Shown: positions 39,490 to 48,851 of the stretch, in pieces
Position numbering within the stretch: position 1 is the first letter of the stretch
Layout: every line of letters starts with the position of its first letter
Source: a bacterium
Lineage (GTDB): Bacteria; Electryoneota; Electryoneia; Electryoneales; Electryoneaceae
Length of the DNA stretch: 64,000 nt
Assembly (NCBI GenBank): GCA_963675295.2
Contig: CAXXKJ010000002.1
Location: 1,472,001-1,536,000, forward strand
Reading direction: 5' to 3'
The notes under the pieces: model-generated
What the model was told of the DNA's origin: nothing
Databases searched by the model: none
The model's input: only the letters and a program-made list of their open reading frames with translations
Translations under genes and position numbers: made by a program

Positions 39490-40075
39490 GTGTTTCCACC
39501 GTTCGAACCAGATCCAAACGAAGACCTGTGCGCGGTGGAAATCGCTATACAAGATGGGCACTCCGATCTGCTGAAAGCACACAACATCGATTTTGACCTA
39601 AACAGCCAGCTCGGTCTAAAGGTGCTTGAACATGCTTGTGCCTATGGAAGGCTATGTGTTGTAGAGGAATGTATTTCCAAAGGATTTGACCCAAAGCTGC
39701 TGGATGACCGCGCTTCTTCTTACCTGGAACGTTGCATCGATGGAATGCAATACTCGTGGGCTGTCGACCCCATCTGGGTCCAAAAACGTAATCCGATTGA
39801 ATCAATGCGATCAGCCGAAGCTATTGAAATAATTGATCTGTTTTGTCAGAACGGGGCCAGGTGGGAGCCTGTAAACCAATCGGATATCACAAAAGCACGT
39901 CGCGCGCTTTCTAAGGTTAACCCCCAAGCACACATTCGATTTCGTCAAGATCATGTCAAAGTACCAGGCGTGCAGTCGTGACGTGATGGACGAGCTTCTT
40001 GGTACGCCTGCAATCCAAAGGCATATCGTGGAATACGAGAAACAGCTAGGTCGTCAGCTCGGGAGACTGGTTTGA
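39490..40075 (+). pseudogene. Ankyrin-like hypothetical protein, probably frameshifted
   Basis: LEHACAYGRLCVVEECISKG (ankyrin-like). Removing one C from CCCCC at 39921-39925 joins an open frame (KHTFDFVKIMSKYQACSR...) ending at TGA 40075; 5' region has stops. Confidence 0.5.
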
Positions 40076-40179
40076 GGAAAAGCCAACATCCACCTTGGGA
40101 TTTCCGTGTTTTTTCTTACTCTCTAGTGTAGATTGGACACAAACTACAACTCTGTTGTTTAGGTGCCCAGGGGGGAATC

Positions 40180-42489
40180 ATGCAGCGCGTCTTGTCAAGC
40201 TTGATCATCCTATTGACGAGCATTTCGACCGCAGCTTTGGCTGTACAGGTAGATGGGTACTGCTTCCTGGAAGGTGAGCAAAATCATGCAGGGACTAAGG
40301 TCGTATTCCTAGCTGCATCACCCAGCGCTGAGAGTGACTCCGTTTTTACTGCTCTGTCGGGGGAATATCAACGTGATCTTGTGCCTGGACTTTACGACGT
40401 GTATTTCTCCCATAATGGATTCTATGGACAGGAAATCATCGGGCAAAACTGCTATGATCCAATAACCCTGCAAGAAATAACACTCTTATCGATGGGGGTG
40501 GGAATTCCGATCTCAGGTCCGCAAAGCGGGATACTGGAATCAGCTACCTATTTGGTCGTCGAAAATATATCCGTCACTGAAGGAGACACCCTGGTGATAG
40601 AACCTGGGGCAATCTTTTTGTTTGATGGCATTTTTTCATTCACAATTGGACAAAACAGCATCTTGCAGTGCCGGGGAACCCTGATCGACAGTATCAAATT
40701 TACACCGAACTATGACAATGGTATTGCTGAGTGGGGCGGCATTAATATTTACGGATCGAGCTCGGATAACATCATTGAATATTCTATAATAACTGGCAGC
40801 GTTGGATCTGGGATTTCATGTTTCGGCTCCCCTACGATCAGCAACTGTAGCATCATTGGGAATTATGGAGACTGGGGCGGTGGTATTTACTGCGGTGGTT
40901 CTCCAACGATCAGCAACTGCAATATCAGTGGAAATTCGGGTGAGCAAGGAGGCGGAATTTGTTGTGAATGGTCCAGTGCTACAATAATCAACTGTGTCAT
41001 TAGTGGAAACTCGGTAGGCGGGGCTGGTTGGCTTGGCGGCGGAATATATTGCGACGAATCCTCGCCGGTAATTCGCAATTGCACAATCAGTGGGAATTCG
41101 GCACAAGGCGGCGGTGGGATCTACAGCGGTCTATCTAATACTACGATCAGTAATTGTAGCATTACTGACAACACGGGACGCGGAATTAGCGGAAGTGACG
41201 ACATCGAAATAACCTACAGTGATGTTTACAACAACAGCGGTGGTAATTTTGGCGGTTTTTTCAATCCAAACCTTGGGGTTCTAGTAACTACAAATACAAA
41301 TGGCGATTCCTGCGACGCATGGTTAAACATCTCACTCGATCCACTATATGTCGATCCAGACAACGGTGATTATCATCTCCAGGAAGGATCACCGTGTATC
41401 GACGCTGGTGACCCGGACAGTCCTTTAGACCCTGATGATACAGTCTCAGATATAGGTGCTTTTTTCTTCGCACATGAATTGGAACCTGAAATCAGTATAG
41501 TTTTTCCCAATGGCGGAGAAGAATGGTGGGTGCAAACCGATCATCCAATTACCTGGACTAATAACTTTATCGAAAACGTAAGTATTGAACTTTACGATGG
41601 CTCCGACCTATCGCTGATCCTCGCAAGCGACATCAGCAATTCAGGCGAATTCCTTTGGACAATACCTGAGGATCTAACGCCTGGTAAGGAATACACAATC
41701 CGCGTGTATATGACCAGCGATCCAGCTGTAGAAGACATAAGCGACGGTCCATTTCAGGTCCTCGCACCACCTTTTGTCACCCTTACACCGTTCGAACCAC
41801 CAATTATCATCGGTCCAAACGGTGGCGGGTACTGGTACTGGATGGTTGTGCTAAATCCGACCAATACGACAGGTTCTGGTCAGGCGTGGTCGCAGGTAAT
41901 TTTGCCAAACGGTTACACCTATGGCCCCTTGTTCACCGTGAACATCACACTTGGACCTGGTGAAACCTATGCACCTGCAACACCCTATGGACAGTGGGTG
42001 CCGTCTTACGCACCAGCCGGTACATACGAACAAGTCACGAGTATCGGCGTCTATCCAAACCTGGTCATGGACACCGACAGCTTCACATGGGAAAAGCTAC
42101 CTGGTGTGAATACATCAGCAAAACCAGTAGAAACTTGGTCGTTATCTGATTGGCCTTCTGAACCATCACAGCCTGGCGAGGATATCGTAGCAGCCGATCC
42201 ACAGCATGAATCCGCGCTACCTACTGCGTTCAAGGTTTCGGCAGCTTACCCCAATCCATTTAACGCCACTACCACAGTTACAGTCAGTCTACCTGAAGCA
42301 GCACTATTGGACGTTTCGATCTTCAACGTGATGGGTCAAAAAGTAGCAACTCTAGCTGATGGACAATATTCAGCAGGTCTACATAAACTGACGCTTACCG
42401 ATCCCAGCATGGCTACTGGTATCTACTTCATCCATACGTCCGTGCCAGGAAAGCTCGAGCAGGTGCAAAAGGTGGTTTTGGTGAGGTAG
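40180..42489 (+). CDS. Secreted parallel beta-helix protein with T9SS sorting domain
   Basis: Signal peptide; repeated SPTISNC.I.GN..GGGIYC; DYHLQEGSPCIDAG; FPNGGE; AYPNPFN...TGIYFI...KVVLVR. Confidence 0.9.
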   Translation: MQRVLSSLIILLTSISTAALAVQVDGYCFLEGEQNHAGTKVVFLAASPSAESDSVFTALSGEYQRDLVPGLYDVYFSHNGFYGQEIIGQNCYDPITLQEITLLSMGVGIPISGPQSGILESATYLVVENISVTEGDTLVIEPGAIFLFDGIFSFTIGQNSILQCRGTLIDSIKFTPNYDNGIAEWGGINIYGSSSDNIIEYSIITGSVGSGISCFGSPTISNCSIIGNYGDWGGGIYCGGSPTISNCNISGNSGEQGGGICCEWSSATIINCVISGNSVGGAGWLGGGIYCDESSPVIRNCTISGNSAQGGGGIYSGLSNTTISNCSITDNTGRGISGSDDIEITYSDVYNNSGGNFGGFFNPNLGVLVTTNTNGDSCDAWLNISLDPLYVDPDNGDYHLQEGSPCIDAGDPDSPLDPDDTVSDIGAFFFAHELEPEISIVFPNGGEEWWVQTDHPITWTNNFIENVSIELYDGSDLSLILASDISNSGEFLWTIPEDLTPGKEYTIRVYMTSDPAVEDISDGPFQVLAPPFVTLTPFEPPIIIGPNGGGYWYWMVVLNPTNTTGSGQAWSQVILPNGYTYGPLFTVNITLGPGETYAPATPYGQWVPSYAPAGTYEQVTSIGVYPNLVMDTDSFTWEKLPGVNTSAKPVETWSLSDWPSEPSQPGEDIVAADPQHESALPTAFKVSAAYPNPFNATTTVTVSLPEAALLDVSIFNVMGQKVATLADGQYSAGLHKLTLTDPSMATGIYFIHTSVPGKLEQVQKVVLVR

Positions 42490-42781
42490 AGTGTTAGCAA
42501 GCCTAATGAACTGAGTTTGCAAAAGCTACTCACACAAGGTCAATCGTGCCCACGAATATTGGTAGGCTCATTAGTCGCGGAAAAAGATGCATGTGCTGAC
42601 CATCGGCGCGTCCGGACCCAACACTCCCGAAATGGTCGCTGAATCAACCGACCACCAAATGTGGGAACTTTTCAGGTTGTTTTGGTAGGGAAAGTCTGGC
42701 ATAACAGAAATGCAAAACGTCATTTGAATTTGTATATTGAAAATCGCATTTCTTCAGGGACCTGGTTTCAGGGGGGTAATC

Positions 42782-43582
42782 ATGAAGTCCGCGCTACTGT
42801 CCGCTTTTCTACTTCCGATCGTGATTCTACTGCTTGTCGTTTCTGGCTGTTCCGAAGGTGATGATTCCAGTCCAACATCTCCAGGCGAAAATGAAGATGA
42901 TCCGATTCTGCAGGTTTCGGTTACTTCTCTTGCGTTTGGTGAGGAGGAAACCACCCTTCAGTTCCTAGTCTCAAATGGTGGTGGTCAAGAGCTGGAATGG
43001 ACAATCACCACGAACTCCGATTGGATTGAAGTCTTCCCGGCGGCAGGTGTGACGCGTGAGGAAAATGATGCGGTAAGTGTGACTATCGATCGTGCAGATA
43101 TGGTACATGGTGATTATTCTGGCACCATCGCACTGACAACAACGGATGGACAGAACTGGACAATTAATGCTACTATGATCGTTCCAGCTCCAGATCCGGT
43201 TCTGCTTTGGAGTTGGGAAAACAAAACGTTGGATGAAAATTACTACACGTCCAGTAGTGTAGTTGAAATCCCATATGATGGGCTTCTAGCCATGAACATG
43301 GAACTGCATGAGTGGCCCGAGCACTATGGGCTTGAACTATTGGTTATGTCGCCCGCCGAGTACACCCACTACACGAACGGTGATGGTTTTACGGTCTATT
43401 GGCACGAAACGATATCCACTGAAGGTACGCATATTCGTGTCGCACCTGGTCTGATTGCTGGTGGAACCATGGTGAGGATTGTTGTCGACAACACTAACCT
43501 GGGTTGGGAAGATACCGATTTCGACTTCTTTAGTGATGACGCACTGTTCGATCTTGAAGTTGCGATTGGGCCTGTAGATTAG
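42782..43582 (+). CDS. Lipoprotein with BACON/Ig-like domain
   Basis: Lipobox VVSGC; SNGGGQELEWTITTNSDWIEV. Confidence 0.8.
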   Translation: MKSALLSAFLLPIVILLLVVSGCSEGDDSSPTSPGENEDDPILQVSVTSLAFGEEETTLQFLVSNGGGQELEWTITTNSDWIEVFPAAGVTREENDAVSVTIDRADMVHGDYSGTIALTTTDGQNWTINATMIVPAPDPVLLWSWENKTLDENYYTSSSVVEIPYDGLLAMNMELHEWPEHYGLELLVMSPAEYTHYTNGDGFTVYWHETISTEGTHIRVAPGLIAGGTMVRIVVDNTNLGWEDTDFDFFSDDALFDLEVAIGPVD

Positions 43583-43668
43583 TGATTTAAAGGCAGGCGG
43601 TAGGTGGCCTGACTATTCGCTGCTATGGTCGGGTATCATGGTGTTTACGTGAACTATCGGAGGATATA

Positions 43669-44049
43669 ATGCGGATATTGTTAATCTTCATTTCAGTGTG
43701 CATGATAGTGTCTTGTACTACTTTGGATTCAATACGCGCAAAGAATAGGGAATAATTATTAGTCTTGTCAGTAGGTATGTCAAAACAAGAAGTATTGGGG
43801 GTCATGGGAACGGAAACCGTTACTAGTGACCGCGGAGATGTGATAACTAATCCTTATCGCACGGAAATGTACAGATCCAATAGTCACTCCTTTGAACTCC
43901 TCCTATATTACACTGACAAAAAGAGGGCTGATGGTGCAATAACCGATGACGAGTTGACCCCAATTATCTTGAAGGATGGCAAACTAGAAGGTTGGGGCTG
44001 GTCATACTGGGAAGGGCTCGTTGAAACTTATGAGTTACATGTCAGGTAG
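43669..44049 (+). pseudogene. DUF3192-like lipoprotein with internal stop
   Basis: GGAGG RBS, ATG 43669, lipobox IVSC, in-frame TAA at 43753-43755, then LSVGMSKQEV...DDELTPIILKDGKLEGWG. Confidence 0.7.
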
Positions 44050-44138
44050 TGTAATTGCTCATTGAGAACAAATTCAACAGGTGGCTTGGGGCTTTTGTCT
44101 CGGATGGATTTCAACCTACTACAGGTTAACTAGTAGTA

Positions 44139-44798
44139 ATGAAGGAGAAAAGGATGGGATATCTTCCAAAATTGTATCCGAAGGAGCTATGGTGGTCTGG
44201 GAAGTTATTCATTGCAGAAGCACAAGCAATTGTCAAAGCTATACCTAATTTAAAAGACGACCCCGGCCGAATGTGGGTACTGCAACGTTTAATAGAGAGG
44301 GGGATATGCGTTGCGTTGGGTTTGCCTGTAGTATTAAGCGAGGAGAATACTAAAGAACATAAAGAATTAAAGCGATTCCTCCCCGACGGGTTCCCTTGGC
44401 AAAAAGAAGGAAATGATCCAAAGTATTTATTGGAAAAAGCAGAGCAAATATTTTTTAGAATATTTTATGAACAGGAATATGATGAATATTGTGAAGGTCA
44501 AGGTTTTGAAGATAAAGACATAGACTGGTTTATGGATTTGTTAGAGATATCAGAAAGTGAAGCAGAAGAAGTAATGAACAATATGGATATTGACGTGAAT
44601 GATTCACGTATAGATGTGAAACTTCGAGAACGGGTAAAAGCGGTAAACGAAGCAATCGATGAAGAGATTGATGAAGAGATTTATGATTATATGAAATATG
44701 AGTTTGATGGATTTTGGAAAATACACGAATCAGGACTCTTTGACGGTATACCCAATGGATGGAATGTATGTCGTGCCGATAATTGTTCTGAAATATAA
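44139..44798 (+). CDS. Acidic hypothetical protein
   Basis: 219-aa AT-rich ORF; AAGGAG precedes the second Met, so the start may be later. Confidence 0.6.
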   Translation: MKEKRMGYLPKLYPKELWWSGKLFIAEAQAIVKAIPNLKDDPGRMWVLQRLIERGICVALGLPVVLSEENTKEHKELKRFLPDGFPWQKEGNDPKYLLEKAEQIFFRIFYEQEYDEYCEGQGFEDKDIDWFMDLLEISESEAEEVMNNMDIDVNDSRIDVKLRERVKAVNEAIDEEIDEEIYDYMKYEFDGFWKIHESGLFDGIPNGWNVCRADNCSEI

Positions 44799-45302
44799 CT
44801 ACTAGCTTCGTAAAATGAAATCCAGTGAAATGAACCGTGATTGTATGCGGAAGATTAAACAGTCCAAAGATAACTTGCGCGGCTGGAAACCCGAGAGACA
44901 TCCAAAAAACCAAACAACACAAGCAAGCAACATTTCAGTACACGACCAATATACCAACAAAGTGTAAGTCATTGTTATAACACTTAATGTTGTTAATTTG
45001 TTTCGTTCGTGTTATACGGTGAGGACCACATCCCACGCCGACACTTTTGATCAATCCTTCCTCTACCATCTTCGTTCAGCAGCCGGGTCAGGTACGACTT
45101 GTTTGTATCGATGGCTGACCCGATGTCTGAACTGCACATCGCATTTCCTTCCCGTGCATGCGTCTCGACAAGCTGGCAACGCTTGCCATCAGTGGGCTTG
45201 CCCCATCATCAATTTTCACCAGTCGTATAGGTCACTTTGATTAGATTGGTAAAGTGATGATAGTTTGTTGATTCAATTTGTGAAATTGATCAGCGGCAAG
45301 CT

Positions 45303-45330
45303 AAAAGGGGGCGACGATGATCGTCCCCTC
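45303..45330 (-). terminator. Intrinsic terminator of the phage-like operon
   Basis: Minus strand GGGGACGA-TCA-TCGTCGCCCCC followed by TTTT. Confidence 0.65.
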
Positions 45331-45336
45331 GTTCAT

Positions 45337-45438
45337 TCACCACTTCGACTTGATCCACTTCATCAGGACCGTTGCACCTTCAATCGCGGCCTCCGCAACC
45401 TTACCGATTTCGCGCCAGGGAAGACGTGCCAGTATCAT
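45337..45438 (-). CDS. 33-aa amphipathic peptide (below ORF-track cutoff)
   Basis: MILARLPWREIGKVAEAAIEGATVLMKWIKSKW; TGATG overlap with the upstream stop; terminator directly after. Confidence 0.6.
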   Translation of the reverse strand: MILARLPWREIGKVAEAAIEGATVLMKWIKSKW

Positions 45439-46187
45439 CAGTTGCCCTCCCGGGATACGCGGTCGCCTGGATCATCAAAATCCTGTTCATGGATCAAACC
45501 AAACGCCTGACGGCATTCTTCGCGCAGCTGCATAGCAACGTCCAGTTCCTGCTGCGTCACGACACGGTCAATACTGCACTGGACTTCTGCCCAGCGGTAG
45601 CCGTTGCGTTGAACGTCTGACAAACTGAACCGCGTGATGACTGCGATTGCTGGTGCTTTGCTGCGGGCAAGCCGTTGCAAGTGGTTGCGCCAGTGCTTGA
45701 TCGAAGTTGGCGACAGGTTGAAAACCACCAACTGTGGCTTGGTTTCAAGGTACGTCAACACGAACAAGCGTACCTTATCCTTGGCTTGCGATGCCAGATG
45801 CATGGAACCGCCACCGCTGATGATCTTTCCGTCGATGGCGCTGTATCGTGGGATCTGTTCACCTTCTACCCACAAGGCGCTGACCGTCTGGCTGAACACG
45901 ACGATCCCGCTGAAGACATTATCGGGTACATCAACCTGGTCTTCCTGATTTTCGTCGTAGGACTCACCGTTGTCGATGAACATGCGATGCCGGCCAGATG
46001 GACTGTGGTCGATGCGGACACGTACCAACGACGGCGGGATGTTTTCCATCATCGCTGCGACTTCGGTTTCGATGTCGATGTTGTCCAGATTGTTGATGGC
46101 ATCCAAGACAACAACGCCCGATTCATCAGAACCAGGCTTCTGTCGTGCAGGAGCACCGTTTCGTTTTTTTGTGTTTTGTTGTGTCAT
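45438..46187 (-). CDS. Phage-like hypothetical protein (possible ssDNA-binding/annealing)
   Basis: LSPTSIKHW...AVITRFSL...NGYRWA; acidic tail; ATGA overlap with the nuclease gene. Confidence 0.6.
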   Translation of the reverse strand: MTQQNTKKRNGAPARQKPGSDESGVVVLDAINNLDNIDIETEVAAMMENIPPSLVRVRIDHSPSGRHRMFIDNGESYDENQEDQVDVPDNVFSGIVVFSQTVSALWVEGEQIPRYSAIDGKIISGGGSMHLASQAKDKVRLFVLTYLETKPQLVVFNLSPTSIKHWRNHLQRLARSKAPAIAVITRFSLSDVQRNGYRWAEVQCSIDRVVTQQELDVAMQLREECRQAFGLIHEQDFDDPGDRVSREGN

Positions 46188-47092
46188 GCAGCTTCCTCCA
46201 TAGGAAGGGTGAGTGTTTCAATCGAACGGATCTGCTTGGACGACAAGCCGTCACCCTGCGCATTTGACAAACAGACATCCGCAAACGCACACGCAGGACA
46301 ATTGATCATACCTGGGTTACGTGGAAACACACCACGGTTGATGTTGCTGGCGATTGCAGCCAGGTCACGCTTCAGTGACATCAGCTGTTTTCGACTACGA
46401 CTGGTGAAACGACGCGGGTCACCCCGTTCATCACCGGCAACAAACCCGTTGCCATTACGCTTGTACGGAATGTGATCCCGGAGCTGATAGTAGACGATAT
46501 CCAACTGTTCAGGCGGGATTTCCAACATTCGCATCGTACCGTCTGGCATCTTGAAAACACCACGCCAGCAAGCCAACGCATACAATCCAAGCTGGTAATC
46601 CAGATCCAAGAACTGCTGGTTCGGTGGGAATTTCGATGACTTGAAATCCAGCAACTGCCAACGGTCACCATCCTGGCGGATCTGATCCACCGTTCCACTG
46701 AAGACATTCCGTCCGACCTTCAGCATGAACGTGGCTTCAGACAGGATCACGTCCGCATCACGGTTGTAGTCCTTGTCCCTGTAGTTGCCGAGCATCTGCA
46801 CCGCTTCTTCGATCAGGCTGGATAGGGTCGCATCCCGCTCCTCCTTATAGAAGACAGGTATTTCAGCTTCATCCCCACGGAATTCCTCGTGGTCGAACCG
46901 TTCCCGGTATCTGGATTCGATGTCCAGATCCCAGTTCACCAGGTGCATCTCTTCGATCAACTGGTGCAGCACACGGCCATGCAGTGCAGCCACTGACCGG
47001 AAGGCTGAAGGGATTTGATCGATGTATCGGTACTTGAAGCTGGCAGGGCACCACAGGTAGGATTTGATGAGGGATTGACGTAGAACGTCGAT
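46184..47092 (-). CDS. RecB/Cas4-like PD-(D/E)XK exonuclease (apparent ATC start)
   Basis: LRQSLIKSYLWCP..FKYRY upstream of the ORF-track start; GTVDQI, LLDFKS, QLGLY, CPACAFADVC. Confidence 0.82.
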   Translation of the reverse strand: MDVLRQSLIKSYLWCPASFKYRYIDQIPSAFRSVAALHGRVLHQLIEEMHLVNWDLDIESRYRERFDHEEFRGDEAEIPVFYKEERDATLSSLIEEAVQMLGNYRDKDYNRDADVILSEATFMLKVGRNVFSGTVDQIRQDGDRWQLLDFKSSKFPPNQQFLDLDYQLGLYALACWRGVFKMPDGTMRMLEIPPEQLDIVYYQLRDHIPYKRNGNGFVAGDERGDPRRFTSRSRKQLMSLKRDLAAIASNINRGVFPRNPGMINCPACAFADVCLSNAQGDGLSSKQIRSIETLTLPMEEAA

Positions 47093-47112
47093 AGATGATC
47101 ACCCCCTCTCGG

Positions 47113-47871
47113 TCAATTAGGTGACAGAAAATATTGCGACACGCGCCGGTTCAGGTTTTCAGCGCTGAAACGTTCCTGCTTGGTCAGCACGTCCGTTGCC
47201 GCGTTGTACACGCCCCACGCTGTATCGTCTTCGATACCGTTGAACACCTTGGCCTGGGTAGTGATCGGCAGGTTGGTTTCGCGGAAGAACTTCTGGATGT
47301 CCGCACGTCGCATCCGTTTGTGCGTCAGGTCAACCAGCATCGGTAGCACCATGTGCAGACGGTTGCTTACACGGTCCAGTTGACGGGCTGCAACACGCAG
47401 TTCGCGGTCGAAGTTCTGGCTTCCCCAGTGTTTGAACCGGAATCCGCCAAGCATGAACGACAACATCATGCCGTTGCTGCAGACCAGACGGACTGCGTTG
47501 AACTCCAAGCCAAAGGTGGTGGAGCCGTCGTAGCTGTTGACTGCATCCAACGTACACGCGACAACATCACCTACCTTCACTTCACCGGTTGTCTGTGACA
47601 GCAGATACCGCTGCCGGAACTTCTTCCCGTTCCACAACGTCTGGTGCTCGTCAACGGGCATTCCCGTCCTGCCCAACAAGTCTTCCGCCACTTGCACAAC
47701 CTCGCTGTTTTTCACGAGCTTGTATTCGGGGGATACCACCCCCACTTCCGTGGCATCAGCGTTGGGATTCAACACCACAGCAAGTCGGCTGCTATGATCC
47801 CCGTTTGCCCTGCGAAGTGGTTGCAGTTCGACAGGCGCGAAGGGGGATAGCGCTGTCTTTGAATCGGTCAT
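47113..47871 (-). CDS. DUF932-family phage/plasmid protein
   Basis: GVVSPEYKLVKN; NSYDGS; RLVCSNGM; FKH; TAWGVYNAAT; AGGAGG RBS. Confidence 0.85.
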   Translation of the reverse strand: MTDSKTALSPFAPVELQPLRRANGDHSSRLAVVLNPNADATEVGVVSPEYKLVKNSEVVQVAEDLLGRTGMPVDEHQTLWNGKKFRQRYLLSQTTGEVKVGDVVACTLDAVNSYDGSTTFGLEFNAVRLVCSNGMMLSFMLGGFRFKHWGSQNFDRELRVAARQLDRVSNRLHMVLPMLVDLTHKRMRRADIQKFFRETNLPITTQAKVFNGIEDDTAWGVYNAATDVLTKQERFSAENLNRRVSQYFLSPN

Positions 47872-47908
47872 ACGTCCTCCTGTTTGCTTTGTCTGGGTAC
47901 ATGTTCTT

Positions 47909-48580
47909 ATGCCGGAAAACAGGACTATGATTCACTATCACTACATCGATTCACCGCCATCACCGAAGCGGCTCGTGCTGGAACTAGATCAAGGGAGTCC
48001 GGATTATCCTTTCGGATCGATTAACTTGATCTATGGAGGGCGAATTCAGAATCCGGCCATCCTCAGCAATAGAATGGAGGAGGCTGGTAGTCTAGTGCAG
48101 GAAGACTTACTTGTCCTATCTGAAGTTTTAGAAGCAGGCGATGTTATCACCATTGAACTGCGGAAAAACCATGTACTCGAAGACATCTTACTAGATCAGA
48201 TACATGATCTAGTCGAGCTGGTGTACGATTCTGGGAAGCGCTACCGGATGCTATACTGGATTAAAGTAGGACGTACCGGTGTGTTTAGTATGAAAGCGCG
48301 GGTGGTGCAAGACAAAAAGGGGTCAGCGAGCAAGATTGGGAAGATCAGGGCGAACATGAAGGATCATGTTTATCGAGACTTCCTTGCGAAGCAGGTGCGC
48401 GTAGGAAGTGGTGTGCCCCGACATGAATGGCCCCAGCTAATGACGTTTGCTGAGGCAGCTGAGTATACCGGTTTTTCGGTTTCTACTCTTCGCCGAGAGT
48501 CACCAGAAGACCTACCTAGATTCAGGCGGAAGCTGCGAAAAAAGGATCTGGACAAATTTCTGGAGAGGAAGGGGAAATGA
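47909..48580 (+). CDS. Protein with C-terminal excisionase-like HTH
   Basis: LMTFAEAAEYTGFSVSTLRR...KKDLDKFL; last gene before the GC shift. Confidence 0.7.
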   Translation: MPENRTMIHYHYIDSPPSPKRLVLELDQGSPDYPFGSINLIYGGRIQNPAILSNRMEEAGSLVQEDLLVLSEVLEAGDVITIELRKNHVLEDILLDQIHDLVELVYDSGKRYRMLYWIKVGRTGVFSMKARVVQDKKGSASKIGKIRANMKDHVYRDFLAKQVRVGSGVPRHEWPQLMTFAEAAEYTGFSVSTLRRESPEDLPRFRRKLRKKDLDKFLERKGK

Positions 48581-48608
48581 CCGTGTATAAAAATCTAGCT
48601 TCGCGGGC

Positions 48609-48672
48609 TCGTGACAAATTCGTGCCAAAAAAATGAACGCGAGAAGCATCGAGAGGCATCGAGGTGCATCGG
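48609..48672. repeat. Phased short direct repeats at the island edge (arm-type/Xis site-like)
   Basis: TCGTGACAAA/TCGTGCCAAA at 11-bp period; GCATCG at 48646, 48656 and 48666 (10-bp period). Confidence 0.55.
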
Positions 48673-48851
48673 GGAATTCCTTCTATCCCGCATCATTACT
48701 GGATTATTCAATGTATGCCACATCAGCAGCGGATTTCGAAAAAACGGCTTCGGAGTATCCCTCATCCTCCACATCGAGAGAATACCCGGGTTCGACGAGC
48801 CCGGGTTTCGCATTTTCCTCACACCCCACACCTCACACTCTATGCCAGGTA

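Larger units (their letters stand above)
1..48700. mobile_element. Defence-rich genomic island / integrative element (left end outside window)
   Basis: Visibly lower and patchy GC compared with the GC-rich genes after ~48.85 kb. Dense defence genes, a phage-like DUF932/RecB module, and an excisionase-like HTH gene with phased repeats at the right edge. No integrase seen; boundary approximate. Confidence 0.75.

Noticed and set aside
45438-48580. Prophage
   Set aside because: No capsid, terminase, tail or lysis genes in the window.
48700-48800. tRNA or tRNA 3' fragment as integration site
   Set aside because: No cloverleaf and no convincing T-arm plus acceptor/CCA on either strand.
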